This document shows, in pieces, positions 6,801-16,104 of a stretch of 64,000 bases of DNA. The notes under the pieces are model-generated. The model was not told the DNA's origin and did not search any database. It was given only the letters and a program-made list of their open reading frames with translations. The stretch is from Ignavibacteriota bacterium (lineage in GTDB: Bacteria; Bacteroidota; Ignavibacteria; UBA10030; UBA6906): contig CAWDEM010000008.1 in assembly GCA_963801355.1 (NCBI GenBank), positions 2,176,001 through 2,240,000 of the forward strand, written 5' to 3'. Within the stretch, counting starts at the first letter, position 1, and each line of letters starts with the position of its first letter. The translations under genes were made by a program, and so were the position numbers.

Positions 6801-9430
6801 GCGATATCGACAACGCCTTGATTCAAGTACGATGGCGTTTCCGCCCATGACGTGCCCCCGTTGGTAGTGTGATATATCGTTGATGACCCTGTGGCAGCCC
6901 AACCGTTGTTCGCATCAATGAAAAATGCTCGAATGATCGTATTTCTTGTTCCAGGCGACAGTTGCAGCCAGCTCGATCCCCCGTTTGTCGTGCGGAGAAA
7001 CGTGCCGTTGTTCCTCCACACCCATCCCATCGATGGGTTGATAAATGTGACACCCCCGTTATTGATTGTCGAGCTGTATTGGTGGGACCATGAATGGCCA
7101 CCGTCTGCCGTGGTGAATATTATCCCCCCCATTGCCGCAGACCCCACCGTCACCCACCCCCTGAACTGATCAACAAAGCATATTCCCGTGAGCCCTTCGG
7201 AGACCGGTAATTGGTGTATTGTCCAGGTGTTTCCACCATCAGTTGTGTGGAGTGTGATCCCGTTTCCCGAGATCAACCATCCGCACTCAGTGTTCACAAA
7301 CGAAGCTTTCCAGATGTGTTCGAGTGTAGCGCGGGGTTGCGGGAACCAGGTAGTAGGAGCGGCGGGCATCGTGAATTCATGGTCCTTGCTGTATGCCATG
7401 CCTTCACTGCTGCGTGCCACCGCGCGCATATGATACGTCTGCCCAGCTTCAAATCCCGTCACGAGCCCGCTCATCGTCCTCACATCAAAGATCGTTCCTG
7501 TGACGGGGTTATCGGCAGCGGGGACCGACAGCCCATAACTTGTCGTTGGGCCGTATTCAAAAGTCACAGTGACGGATCCGCCATTAGGCACGACACCTGT
7601 GCTGAATTGAAGCGAATTCCAGAAGAGGTTCTCGGCATACGCACCACCATACGCCAGTTCCGGTGCCAGGGGCAGCCGATGCAACACGAGCGTGTATTCT
7701 CCGTACGGCAATGCACTGGCATTGAGATTCGGCCCTGGCGGCTCTGTCACTCCCCTCCTTGTGTTTCCTGATTCCGGAAGCGGGGTATCCGGCGTCCCGC
7801 TGTTGGGAAATGGACCGGTTGAGGACGATGAAGAACCTCGAATGTAGTAGAGACCATCCGATGGAAGAGTGTAACACAGAAGTGAGTGACGTGGGGTCCC
7901 TCCCGAGATGGCGTGAAGCGAGAGGAGTTGCCCCGATGATGTCCAGAGACCCAGTCTTACCTCCACTTGTGAGTAAAGCCGCTCGGTGGCGAGGATGTAG
8001 ACCGTGTCGCCGGCGTTCCCCATGAATTTGTAGTAGTCAACATCAGTGTCATATAGGAGGGTGGCCTCAAGGGAATCCCCATACTCAACGTAGTTGGCCT
8101 GGGAGGGAGTCCCATTTGGCTCGATCTCCGCGACAAATCCGGTAGAACTGATCGTGAAGACCTGGTCACTCGTGTCAGCAACCGACGGCATGTCCGTTGC
8201 ACTCACCCTCACCTTGCATGTCGAAGATGGTGCGTCCGGAACCGTCCAGGAATACGATCCAGCCGAAGCCGGAGTCGATGCAGCCACCGTCATCCAACCC
8301 AACCCGTCATCGGTCGTGAGTTCAATCTTGACCATGGCTACGTTCTGGCTTGACCATCTAATCTTCTTCGCTAACCCGATCTTCCAGTTCTCCTCCCCGT
8401 TAGGAAACTGAAGTGTCAGGACGGGCGTCGAAGGGGAGGTATACATGGCAACGGGGGGATAGTTGCTGTTGCCATACACGGCTGCGTATGCGGTGTCACC
8501 ACCTGGGCTGAAGGCCAACGCGCGCGGTCGCTCGTTGACGTCGCCTGCCAGACCAAAGACCCACGACAAGCTGTCCATGACTCTGTCTGTTGCCGGGTTA
8601 TACGCATACCATGTACCCGGAGTGAGGGACGTCGATGTATCGGGATGACGGTTCGGCGGGTCTGCGTATGATCCTGCACTCACCCAGAGAAAGTTGGTTT
8701 TCAGGTTCCAGGCGAAAGACTCTGCATCAAATCCCTTGAGGACCGTGTCTTCACAAACGAACGGGCCGGTTGACAGATCGGAGGTTGTGTACTTGTACAT
8801 GGCATGGTTTGTGTAGCCGGCCCAGTAAATCGTTTTTCCATCGCGTGAGACTTCGAAGGATCGCGAATACCCAAGCGATGCATTGATGGCAACGCGTTTA
8901 AAGATGAGGTTGCGATCATAGATCTTGACAGACCGGCCAGGCACGACACTGGCAACATAGATGTCTCCAACGGCGGATACGGCCGGGGCGGTCAGTGTGT
9001 TCCCGGAATCGGGAACGACCTTTCCAAGACCCGCTCCCGTCAAGTAAGATACCCGATACAGGGTACCACCGGACGCAATAAGAATATTCCCTTCGGCATC
9101 CGTGCGCAAGCCTCTGTTCGAGCTGCTGAGCGTGTCCACACGCCCGTCAACACTAATTGTGTTAAACCCTGAGAACGACGCAGGAGTGCCATCTGGATAG
9201 AAAACAAAGATCTGTCTTGTCGGAACCTTTGTCGCTCCATCATACAACGTGTCGGTCGCACCGAAGAGCTGGATCCAGATCTTACCCTCCGGGTCGACCG
9301 CGAGCCCGTGACAGCCATCTCCACCCACGAAGCTTGCAGAAGGAAAGTGACGGACGAACCTCCACTGACTTCCGCAGGGCCATGCACTCAACATTGAGGC
9401 AAGGCATACGAGCAAGAGCTTCCTATTCAT
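3815..9430 (-). CDS. Large T9SS-sorted protein: beta-propeller, 2x [Ig-like/PPC/FN3-like/YCF48-BNR propeller] and CTD
   Basis: Signal peptide from MNRKLLLVC; PNGxExW and ExEPN...DVDYY motifs; many TTDGGxxW repeats; EQNYPNPFNPSTTI...KLLLVR. Confidence 0.9.
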   Translation of the reverse strand: MNRKLLLVCLASMLSAWPCGSQWRFVRHFPSASFVGGDGCHGLAVDPEGKIWIQLFGATDTLYDGATKVPTRQIFVFYPDGTPASFSGFNTISVDGRVDTLSSSNRGLRTDAEGNILIASGGTLYRVSYLTGAGLGKVVPDSGNTLTAPAVSAVGDIYVASVVPGRSVKIYDRNLIFKRVAINASLGYSRSFEVSRDGKTIYWAGYTNHAMYKYTTSDLSTGPFVCEDTVLKGFDAESFAWNLKTNFLWVSAGSYADPPNRHPDTSTSLTPGTWYAYNPATDRVMDSLSWVFGLAGDVNERPRALAFSPGGDTAYAAVYGNSNYPPVAMYTSPSTPVLTLQFPNGEENWKIGLAKKIRWSSQNVAMVKIELTTDDGLGWMTVAASTPASAGSYSWTVPDAPSSTCKVRVSATDMPSVADTSDQVFTISSTGFVAEIEPNGTPSQANYVEYGDSLEATLLYDTDVDYYKFMGNAGDTVYILATERLYSQVEVRLGLWTSSGQLLSLHAISGGTPRHSLLCYTLPSDGLYYIRGSSSSSTGPFPNSGTPDTPLPESGNTRRGVTEPPGPNLNASALPYGEYTLVLHRLPLAPELAYGGAYAENLFWNSLQFSTGVVPNGGSVTVTFEYGPTTSYGLSVPAADNPVTGTIFDVRTMSGLVTGFEAGQTYHMRAVARSSEGMAYSKDHEFTMPAAPTTWFPQPRATLEHIWKASFVNTECGWLISGNGITLHTTDGGNTWTIHQLPVSEGLTGICFVDQFRGWVTVGSAAMGGIIFTTADGGHSWSHQYSSTINNGGVTFINPSMGWVWRNNGTFLRTTNGGSSWLQLSPGTRNTIIRAFFIDANNGWAATGSSTIYHTTNGGTSWAETPSYLNQGVVDIAFYGTKYGWALPSFGVVARTTDGGASWTPHPTGEDKWPMQTLAFADSMNGWIGGYHGRLYITTDGGVTWNREETGTFNDLTTVALKNLPSPVLVGLGGTILRKPYVHLQSPNGKEVWKVGSTKTIRWGAWAIGDVELWLTVDSGATWSSLGVVPAGGSSKALIVPNSPSLTCKVRIASVDSASFVDLSDTTFAIAVVGPSTEAEPNNSASVANSIVYGDTVYGTISPPNDVDYFFFAASAGDTVEILAGERTNGQFYATVVLFDSAGRILAHGYTDAGPPYSQHLVHMIPASGLYFLRYSSSGSSGNFPNATVGRGNKDAVSNSEPPIRAAARLEDGGIDSGRRSSQMLAATGDYSITLRRFVPPPPVVSSVWVNSYLYNAIQFFGYVEPRGAKTFVSFEYGTDSSFGKSVPAIPNSVAALTGTFSVKSVVLADLISDTTYHVRVKAVSQGGTTYGSAFQFRTPMPPDGWEIQNSNITTTLVSTSLPNPRQGIIAGSPGIILTTTNGGAVWAQGTLSTYQGFNAASFLDPSKACVVGDEGIVLRTADAGATWDQTTDPMSTNFYGVHFAPSTVGIIVGSSGRILRTTNAALSWTPVSSGVAATLFDVTFAENGCGWVVGGGETILYTTDSGLSWSPQGTSDDYSALRSVSFGNYTTGVAVGDGGVILRTTDAGTTWTRIATGFSNSLSGVWCLDSLRACAVGTDGLILRTSDAGLTWRRQGSGTTWSLRDVSFVGREIGTIVGDNGFILRTTVPKPTWSAMLTLEDPSGSNGWLIFGQAPSATDGFDSTFNEYPLPPRLSTVSLDRRFIMPSQSGMTSLTDIRSDTLSSILWTFSFHPASCGYPITLEWDSIGLPPGTMMLKDRTAGRTVNVNMKSRQSYTLADSTIDTLDIQYFSATTAADNEVVLPLSFCLEQNYPNPFNPSTTIKYELPKSSEVRLSVFDMLGREVLGLVNERREAGYHEIKFDASGLASGVYFYRLQAGSFVETRKLLLVR

Positions 9431-9806
9431 CGTTGGCCCCTTTCGATGCTTAAAAGTGTGCAGCATGCTCAGCGATGCTCGTAAGACGTTGCCATTCCCT
9501 CCCGGAGCATCTTCTGGAACATCTCTCGTAGACAACGAAGCCGACCAGAACTGTCTTGAGAGTGGCTGCTCATAGTCCACAGGTCGCCCGAGTGGGCTCT
9601 GTGACGGAAAAACTGGAGTAGAGTCCAGACCAGTGGCTCGATGACTTCTACGTCATACCTTGGACACGGATTGGCGCGATGGCTGGGAAGCTTCGGTAAT
9701 ACGCACGAGAGATGGGAGTGTAAGAGCAGTAGCAAGAATCGGACTCGCGCCCTCAGGTCTCATACGGCACCGCCCCGTCCACCGCATGGAGACCTATGTG
9801 GACCTG

Positions 9807-9836
9807 AATATACATACCCCCCACCAGGATTGTCAA
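9807..9836 (-). promoter_or_regulatory. sigma70-like promoter
   Basis: TTGACA-18 nt-TATATT. Confidence 0.5.
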
Positions 9837-10004
9837 TTCCGGAAAGTCTGATACCCTTGTAGGATTTTAGGAAGTTTTCGTGTAGGACTATTCCTACACA
9901 ACACCTGCGGAAAAGGTTCTCTGAAGCCCCTTATTACCTCACTTCCAAGCCCTTTAGGAGCCCGAACACCGCACAGCGTCATTACTCCAGATGAATCCGC
10001 CCAT

Positions 10005-12149
10005 TCAGAATTGCGGCACGATTCCGAGATATCGGAACAAGAATGCATAGGTGTCTGCTGTGACTTCGAGGCGTTTGGTCGTGCTGCTCGCACCATGGCC
10101 TGACTTAGTTTCGATCCTGATCAGAACGGGAGCGGGTCCGCGGTGCATCTCCTGCAGGGTTGCGGCGAATTTGAACGAATGTGCTGGCACGACACGATCA
10201 TCGTGATCTGCGGTCGTGATGATGGTCGCGGGATATGAAACACCTGCCCGAAGATTATGCAGAGGTGAGTACCGGTACAGGTACTCAAACATTGTTGAGT
10301 CCTCGCTCGTCCCGTAGTCGGGAGCCCAATTCCAGCCGATGGTGAAGCGGTGATAGCGGAGCATATCCATGACCCCGACTGCAGGAAGGGCGACGGCAAA
10401 GAGGTCGGGGCGTTGCGTCATGACTGCTCCCACGAGAAGACCACCGTTCGATGCACCTTGCATGGCGAGGTGTTTCGGAGATGTGTATTTATTCGCGATG
10501 AGCCACTCGGCAGCCGCTATGAAGTCATCAAAGACGTTCTGTTTCTTTGCTCTCGTCCCCGCCTGATGCCACTGTTCCCCATACTCGCCACCGCCCCGGA
10601 GATTTACCGACACGTACACGAATCCCTGCTCAAGCAACGAGATCTTCAGGGGATCAAACGTCGGAATCTGTGTACTATTGAAGCCTCCGTATCCGTAGAG
10701 AAGTGTAGGAAGTGATCCATCAAGAGCGAGGTCCTTTCGATGGACTATGAACATCGGAATGCGCGTGCCGTCCTTACTCGAGAAGAATACCTGCTTCGTG
10801 AGATATTGCTCTGGGGTGAAAGGCACTTTGACGGTTCGGAAGATGTTCGATACGTTTGTCCTGAAGTTGTACTCATAGATGGCGGTCGGGTATGTGAATG
10901 AGGTAAAGCTGTAGTACCCGATCGTGTCTTTCCGACTTCCGACGATGACTGAGATCGTCCCTGGGGCGGGCGGAGTAATTTCCCGTTCAAATCGTCCCTG
11001 AAGGTCGTACAGGTAGAGCCGTGTGACGACATCCTTCAGATAGACCGCAACGATACGGTTGCCCACGATGTTAACATCGCGAAGCGGCGAATCTTGCTCG
11101 GGGAGGATGGTCTTCCAGTGTTGTTCATCAGGATGCTCAGCATCGATCAAGACGACCTTGCCATTCAACGCCCCGTGGTCGGTATACACGTAGAATTTGC
11201 CTTCCACATGGTCGATCACATCGTACGTGTCTTCGAACGTTGTAACAATGGGATGGAAGGGTTCATCCAGCTGGGCGGCTTTCCGAATGAAAAAGGCATT
11301 CCCCCTCTTTCCCGATCCGTGGTCAGAGATGGTCAGAATGTCGTACTTCTCGTCATCAGTCGTGCCAACAGAGTTGAGGCGTTTCGGAAAACGTGAGTTC
11401 TCAAAGATAAGTTGATCGTCAACTTGTGGAGTGTTCAGTCGGTGAAAGTACACTTTATGATTCTCGTTGGATGCAGAGAGCGCTTTGGCTGTGTCTTTCG
11501 GTGCATCGTAGCAGCTATAGTAGAAACCGTCCCCTTCCCACGAAATGTCGGAAAACTTGGTCCACCTGATGACTTCCGGAAGCTGACGGCGTGTGGCCAC
11601 TTCCATGATGAGAATGTCATTCCAATCTGAGCCTCCACGTGAAATCCCGTACGCAACGTATTTCATGTCTTTTGAGAAGCTCAAGACGCCAAGGCGCGAC
11701 GTTCCGTCTTTTGAGAAGGCATTAGGGTCGAGAAGAACCTCGGCCTGTCCCTTATCGCCCTTTTGGATATAGACCACCGACTGATTCTGCAGCCCGCTAT
11801 TCTTCGAGTAGACAATGTATCCTTCACGGCGCCTTGGAACCGTGAATTTGGGATAATTGTAAAGGACCTGAATCCGGTGCAGCAGTTGCTGTCGGTAAGG
11901 AATGTCATCGAGATAGCGGCTGGTAACGGCGTTCTCTGCTGCAACCCACTCCGCAACCGCTCGGGATGTGTCATCCTCTAGCCATCGATATGGATCTGGT
12001 ACCGCAGTACCGAAGAAGTTGTCGACAATTCCAACCTTCGCCGTTCTGGGATATGTGATCGGAGTGTCGCTCTCCTGAGACGCAGCGACATAGATTTCGA
12101 CGGATAACGACACGGACAGCATGACAACGGTGCGCAGATAGTGATTCAT
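10005..12149 (-). CDS. Prolyl oligopeptidase (S9A), exported
   Basis: DPYRWLED; GASNGG nucleophile; DHDDRV; SGHG. Confidence 0.95.
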   Translation of the reverse strand: MNHYLRTVVMLSVSLSVEIYVAASQESDTPITYPRTAKVGIVDNFFGTAVPDPYRWLEDDTSRAVAEWVAAENAVTSRYLDDIPYRQQLLHRIQVLYNYPKFTVPRRREGYIVYSKNSGLQNQSVVYIQKGDKGQAEVLLDPNAFSKDGTSRLGVLSFSKDMKYVAYGISRGGSDWNDILIMEVATRRQLPEVIRWTKFSDISWEGDGFYYSCYDAPKDTAKALSASNENHKVYFHRLNTPQVDDQLIFENSRFPKRLNSVGTTDDEKYDILTISDHGSGKRGNAFFIRKAAQLDEPFHPIVTTFEDTYDVIDHVEGKFYVYTDHGALNGKVVLIDAEHPDEQHWKTILPEQDSPLRDVNIVGNRIVAVYLKDVVTRLYLYDLQGRFEREITPPAPGTISVIVGSRKDTIGYYSFTSFTYPTAIYEYNFRTNVSNIFRTVKVPFTPEQYLTKQVFFSSKDGTRIPMFIVHRKDLALDGSLPTLLYGYGGFNSTQIPTFDPLKISLLEQGFVYVSVNLRGGGEYGEQWHQAGTRAKKQNVFDDFIAAAEWLIANKYTSPKHLAMQGASNGGLLVGAVMTQRPDLFAVALPAVGVMDMLRYHRFTIGWNWAPDYGTSEDSTMFEYLYRYSPLHNLRAGVSYPATIITTADHDDRVVPAHSFKFAATLQEMHRGPAPVLIRIETKSGHGASSTTKRLEVTADTYAFLFRYLGIVPQF

Positions 12150-12223
12150 GTGGTACCTCAGTATGCAAGGAGGTAAGATCGCAGCGTTCGTGTGGAATTC
12201 GTGTGAATCTTGGAGGAACGAGA

Positions 12224-12340
12224 AAACTTGAGGGCCACAAGACGATCAAGCTTCGTGTCCTCGGCTTTATAGACGACTCCCATGCCGCCTTCGCCGAGCT
12301 TTTCGAGGATCTTGCAGTGGGAAACTGTTTTGCCGACCAC
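12224..12340 (-). pseudogene. N-terminal fragment of a Hanks-type Ser/Thr kinase
   Basis: [29 protein letters not shown], after which the similarity ends. Confidence 0.85.
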
Positions 12341-12398
12341 GGGACCCCCCGGGGGCGTGTTTGATTCCTACGGCACGAAGAGCCAACGGTACGGCGGC

Positions 12399-12427
12399 AA
12401 TATACACTAGGGTGGGATGGTAGTCAA
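12399..12427 (-). promoter_or_regulatory. sigma70-like promoter of the kinase fragment
   Basis: TTGACT-17 nt-TATATT. Confidence 0.6.
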
Positions 12428-12544
12428 ACAAGTTGGTCAACGAAATGACCTGTGATTTCCATCCTCTTCACCTAATGGAAGACCCATTGGCAGCCCCTCT
12501 TTACCTGGTTCAAAGACCCTTTTCACTCCCTCTAAACCCCGACA

Positions 12545-12742
12545 TTACACTGCCCCCTTGCTTCACACATCGTCCTGGAACTCCTGGAGCTCGTTCATGT
12601 CCTTCAGGATCGTCATCTCCTGATTCCCTCCCGACACCGGCAACCCTTCGGGAGCAGTATCCTTGTTCAGGGACTCCAGCAGTCTGTTCCTGTGCCTCGA
12701 ATCGTTCAACTTTGCCAGTATTCTCTTCGCTTTCGCGCTCAT
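12545..12742 (-). pseudogene. Unknown small-ORF family, copy 2 (59 aa, probable W-to-stop near the end)
   Basis: MSAKAKRILAKLNDSRHRNRLLESLNKDTAPEGLPVSGGNQEMTILKDMNELQEFQDDV*SKGAV*. Confidence 0.55.
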
Positions 12743-12821
12743 GGGGTGGTAGGAGTGGGTTTTAGAACATCAGACGCATATATGGATTGACGCGCGACAG
12801 AAGTACTGCAATGCCAATCGG

Positions 12822-12850
12822 TTGAATCTCTCTTTGCTGATATCTATATT
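12822..12850 (+). promoter_or_regulatory. sigma70-like promoter
   Basis: TTGAAT-17 nt-TATATT upstream of the plus-strand lipoprotein remnant. Confidence 0.4.
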
Positions 12851-12944
12851 TTCCTGTAGAGTCGAGGTCAAGTTGACTGACCATCAGGGGAAAGCCACAC
12901 CGAGCCTATCGCCGAATCCTGCCGTCGGGAGCTCAGAAAGACAT

Positions 12945-13410
12945 CTGATTTCACGTGCAATTTCTCTCCTCCGTGTCTTGCTCTGTCTTGCATTGACCGG
13001 TTGCGCACAAAGCAATGAGCCAACTGCGTCGGTCGAATTTGTGTTCCCCCTTGAAGCTGGAACCACGTGGCACTACACCTACAGTTGGTCCGAACATAGT
13101 ATTGCAGGTCTGCAGTCGGAACAACGCGGCCACCAAGTCTGGCGATCGATTGGACCCGAGACACCAAATTCCGTTGAGATTCTCGTCACCAGAATTGACA
13201 CAATACGCACGTGGTATTCGTACGTGGGCAGCGACACCACGACGCAGATCACACAGGTAGATACTTCCTTCTCTATCATTGTCACGCCCGACTCATTATA
13301 CATCCAAGAGTCGATGTCCCCGTAGCGGCATGTGGACCAGATAGGGCTTGTCACGTGCGGGATGCATGCGCAACATGGCAACTACTTTCGCGACGAACGG
13401 GCGTACTTGG
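12945..13410 (+). pseudogene. Decayed lipoprotein gene
   Basis: Lipobox LALTGC and FPLEAGTTWHY motif; no clear start codon; in-frame TAG at 13323 with plausible continuation. Confidence 0.5.
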
Positions 13411-13466
13411 GTCCGCCGAGGCCGCACGAGTTCCGCCCCTTCTCACTCCCCTTAGAAGCCCCTTCA

Positions 13467-13560
13467 TCACACCCTCCCTGGACTCCAAACGTCATTCTCA
13501 AATTCCTGCAGCTCATTTATCTCAGAAAGAGCCTTCATCTCCTGGTCTTTCCCGACCTGA
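13467..13560 (-). pseudogene. Remnant of unknown small-ORF family, copy 3
   Basis: QVGKDQEMKALSEINELQEFENDVWSPGRV*. Confidence 0.6.
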
Positions 13561-13591
13561 GCCGGCGCATCCTGATCGAGCTGAAACGAGC

Positions 13592-13623
13592 AAGGCCCGG
13601 TGATGAATGCCGAGCCCTTTGTT
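13592..13623 (-). terminator. Terminator-like hairpin after the T9SS gene
   Basis: Shares ggcccggtgatgaatgccga with 3766-3785; U-tract degraded. Confidence 0.55.
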
Positions 13624-13642
13624 CAAACCTATGGTGCGCCCG

Positions 13643-16104
13643 CTATTTTAACAAAAGCAATTTGCGCGTCTGGAGGAAATCGTCGGCTGTCAACCTGTAG
13701 AAGTACACACCGCTCGAAAGCCCGGTCCCGTCGAACTTGACTTCGTGAACCCCAGCGTCCCTCCTTTCATTCGCAAGCACGGCAACTTCTCGACCAAGAA
13801 TATCATACACACTGAGGTTCACTTGAGATGCTCTGGGCAACTCGAACTTGATGGTCGTGCTCGGGTTGAAGGGGTTAGGGTAGTTCTGGCTGAGACCAAA
13901 TTGCATTGAAGTCGCGGCATGCGCCACCGAAGTGGCCGTGGCAGTGAACTCGAAGGTATCCGCGGCTGTTGTCGGCTTCAGAGTCTTCACCTGAAACACC
14001 GAACCTGGCACGGGCAGCGTATCGCCAGGGGAGGCAACAAAGAACACCCCCCAGGAGAGTCTTGGTGATCCGGTGGAATCCGTTTCCAACATATCCACCT
14101 CGTCGAACGAAGAAATCGTCTGGTTCCCATCTGGATCGTCAAACAGGACGTCGGCCTTCCGGTTCTTAGTCAGGTTCCAAACGATGAACTTCATAGGAGA
14201 TGCATTAATCCCGAAGGCAGCTTTTGAGGTGTCGACTACAGATCCTGTTAGAGTAATACGATAGTCATATGGATCGGGGTGACCGATGACCGTCACGGGA
14301 TCGACAAACCTCTCCACAACGGCGACATTCGTGTGAAGCGTTGTATAGCTGTCGAGCCAGCGTGTGCTGTCCTGATTGATGATAGCCCGTGGCAAATCCT
14401 TCACCCGCAACCGCAGTCCGTCAAAGAGCGGTCCCTCCGTTGTGCCGTCCATTTCTGTTGCCTCCCTGACGACCTTCACTCCGACATCGCTGTCCAGCAC
14501 GTCATACGATTTCGCAAAGGACGTCGTGTCGTTGAATGTGACGCGGTACCGGTGCCCAGTGAGCGCAGCGGGATCGATGATGCTGACCGAAACTGTCGTG
14601 CCACCGCTCCCCGCGATATGATCGACGGTCGGACCATTCTTCCTTGTTGTACGTTTAGCAAACGCACAGGTCTTTGAGGATGCGGTGTTGCTGCCGTTGC
14701 TTACCACCATCTTCAGAATAGCCTGGTCGGAATTCGCCAGTGCTGTCATCCCTATCTTCCGCACCTGAACGATTGTGTCGGGATGGGCGACATAGGCGTC
14801 TGCCTGTACAAATGTCTCACCACCATCGGCGCTGTACATGGCCGCAACAGAGAGCGTCGACCATTTCGAATCTCCAAGAAAAAGAGAGATCTCGAGGGAA
14901 TCCGACATAAAGGGGATGCCAGTGGTGAAGTCGTCATCGAGCACCTTGACAAAGGGCATTCCGGTAGTGGAATTGCTGATGGAGAAGCTCCCTGACCGAG
15001 TGACACCATAGATATGACGATCCGCGTTCTTGAGGTAAACTGCAATCTGACCGAATGAACAATCCCCCACGCGCGCAGTATTCCAATTGTAGCTTCCCGT
15101 ATTCGGTTCGGAACGACTGATCAGGCCCCAGGTATCCCCCAGATCCGGACTGAACCAGATCTCCACGCTGTCGCCGACGGTCGTGCTGGTCCAGGTAATG
15201 GATTCGATTCCTTTCAGAGTCCGGTGGGACTTCAGGTTGGAAAGCGTGATCGCTCCCGGCTGCTTCTTATATTTATCGAACACCCACGGGAAGAGGTAGG
15301 GATAGTTGTAGGCTTGGCTCCACGTCAATCCGGTATGGTCGCCGTTCTGAAACTCTGTATAGAATAGAAGAGATCGGCATGGCTTTGCACGTACATGGCA
15401 ATCGTGCTGTCGGGAAGAACGGTGCAGTCGAGATTGTGGCAATGTGTGTACACGACCGGCCGCCCGATGATGTGAAGAGCATTGATCATATCCCGCGAAT
15501 ACTGGACAGGGACGATCGCATCGATCGCACCGTGAAAATCCCAGATCGGCACGCCGACGCAATTGATGGCATATGCTGGGTCTCCACCGCCGCTCATAGG
15601 GACCGCGGCAGCGAATCGTCCCGGGAACCGAATGATGAGGTCCCACGTCCCGAATCCTCCGTCGGAGAGGCCGGTGACATAGAATCGGTTCGTGTCGACT
15701 GCAAACTCCCGAGCAAGGGAATCGAGGATATTGTTCGCCACTGCCAGTTCCGGGCGGATAGGGAGTGAGGCACCTAGGCTCCATGTCCCGGTGTCCGAAT
15801 GCTGGGGCGAGACAACAAAACAGGGGTTCTTCGCCTGGTTCGTGGGATCGGCCCACGATGTGGCCATCGGGTAGGTTACTATTTGGCGGAGATTGTCCGT
15901 CCCGCTCTCGCCGGATCCGTGCAGGCATAAGACGATGGGGTACTTTTTGGCGCTCGAATAGCCGGTGGGGATAAAGAGGCGATACGGAAGCGTTGTCCCC
16001 ATATATGTGTGAGACCGGGAGATAAATCCCTCGTAACTAGCCTGTCCGAACATAGTGCCGGAGAGCAGGATGAAGCACACCGAGAGCGTAAACGTCTTCT
16101 TCAT
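13643..16104 (-). pseudogene. Frameshifted T9SS-sorted alpha/beta-hydrolase (predicted peptidase/esterase)
   Basis: Signal peptide; LPYRLF, LHGSGE, GLSDGG and FHGAID motifs in ORF 15325-16104; GDH and CTD in ORF 13643-; a 5-bp duplication at 15359-15369 explains the shift. Confidence 0.85.

Noticed and set aside
15365-15928. N-terminal part of the 761-aa ORF 13643-15928 as real protein
   Set aside because: It is an out-of-frame overlap with the hydrolase domain. Only the part after the 5-bp duplication is meaningful.
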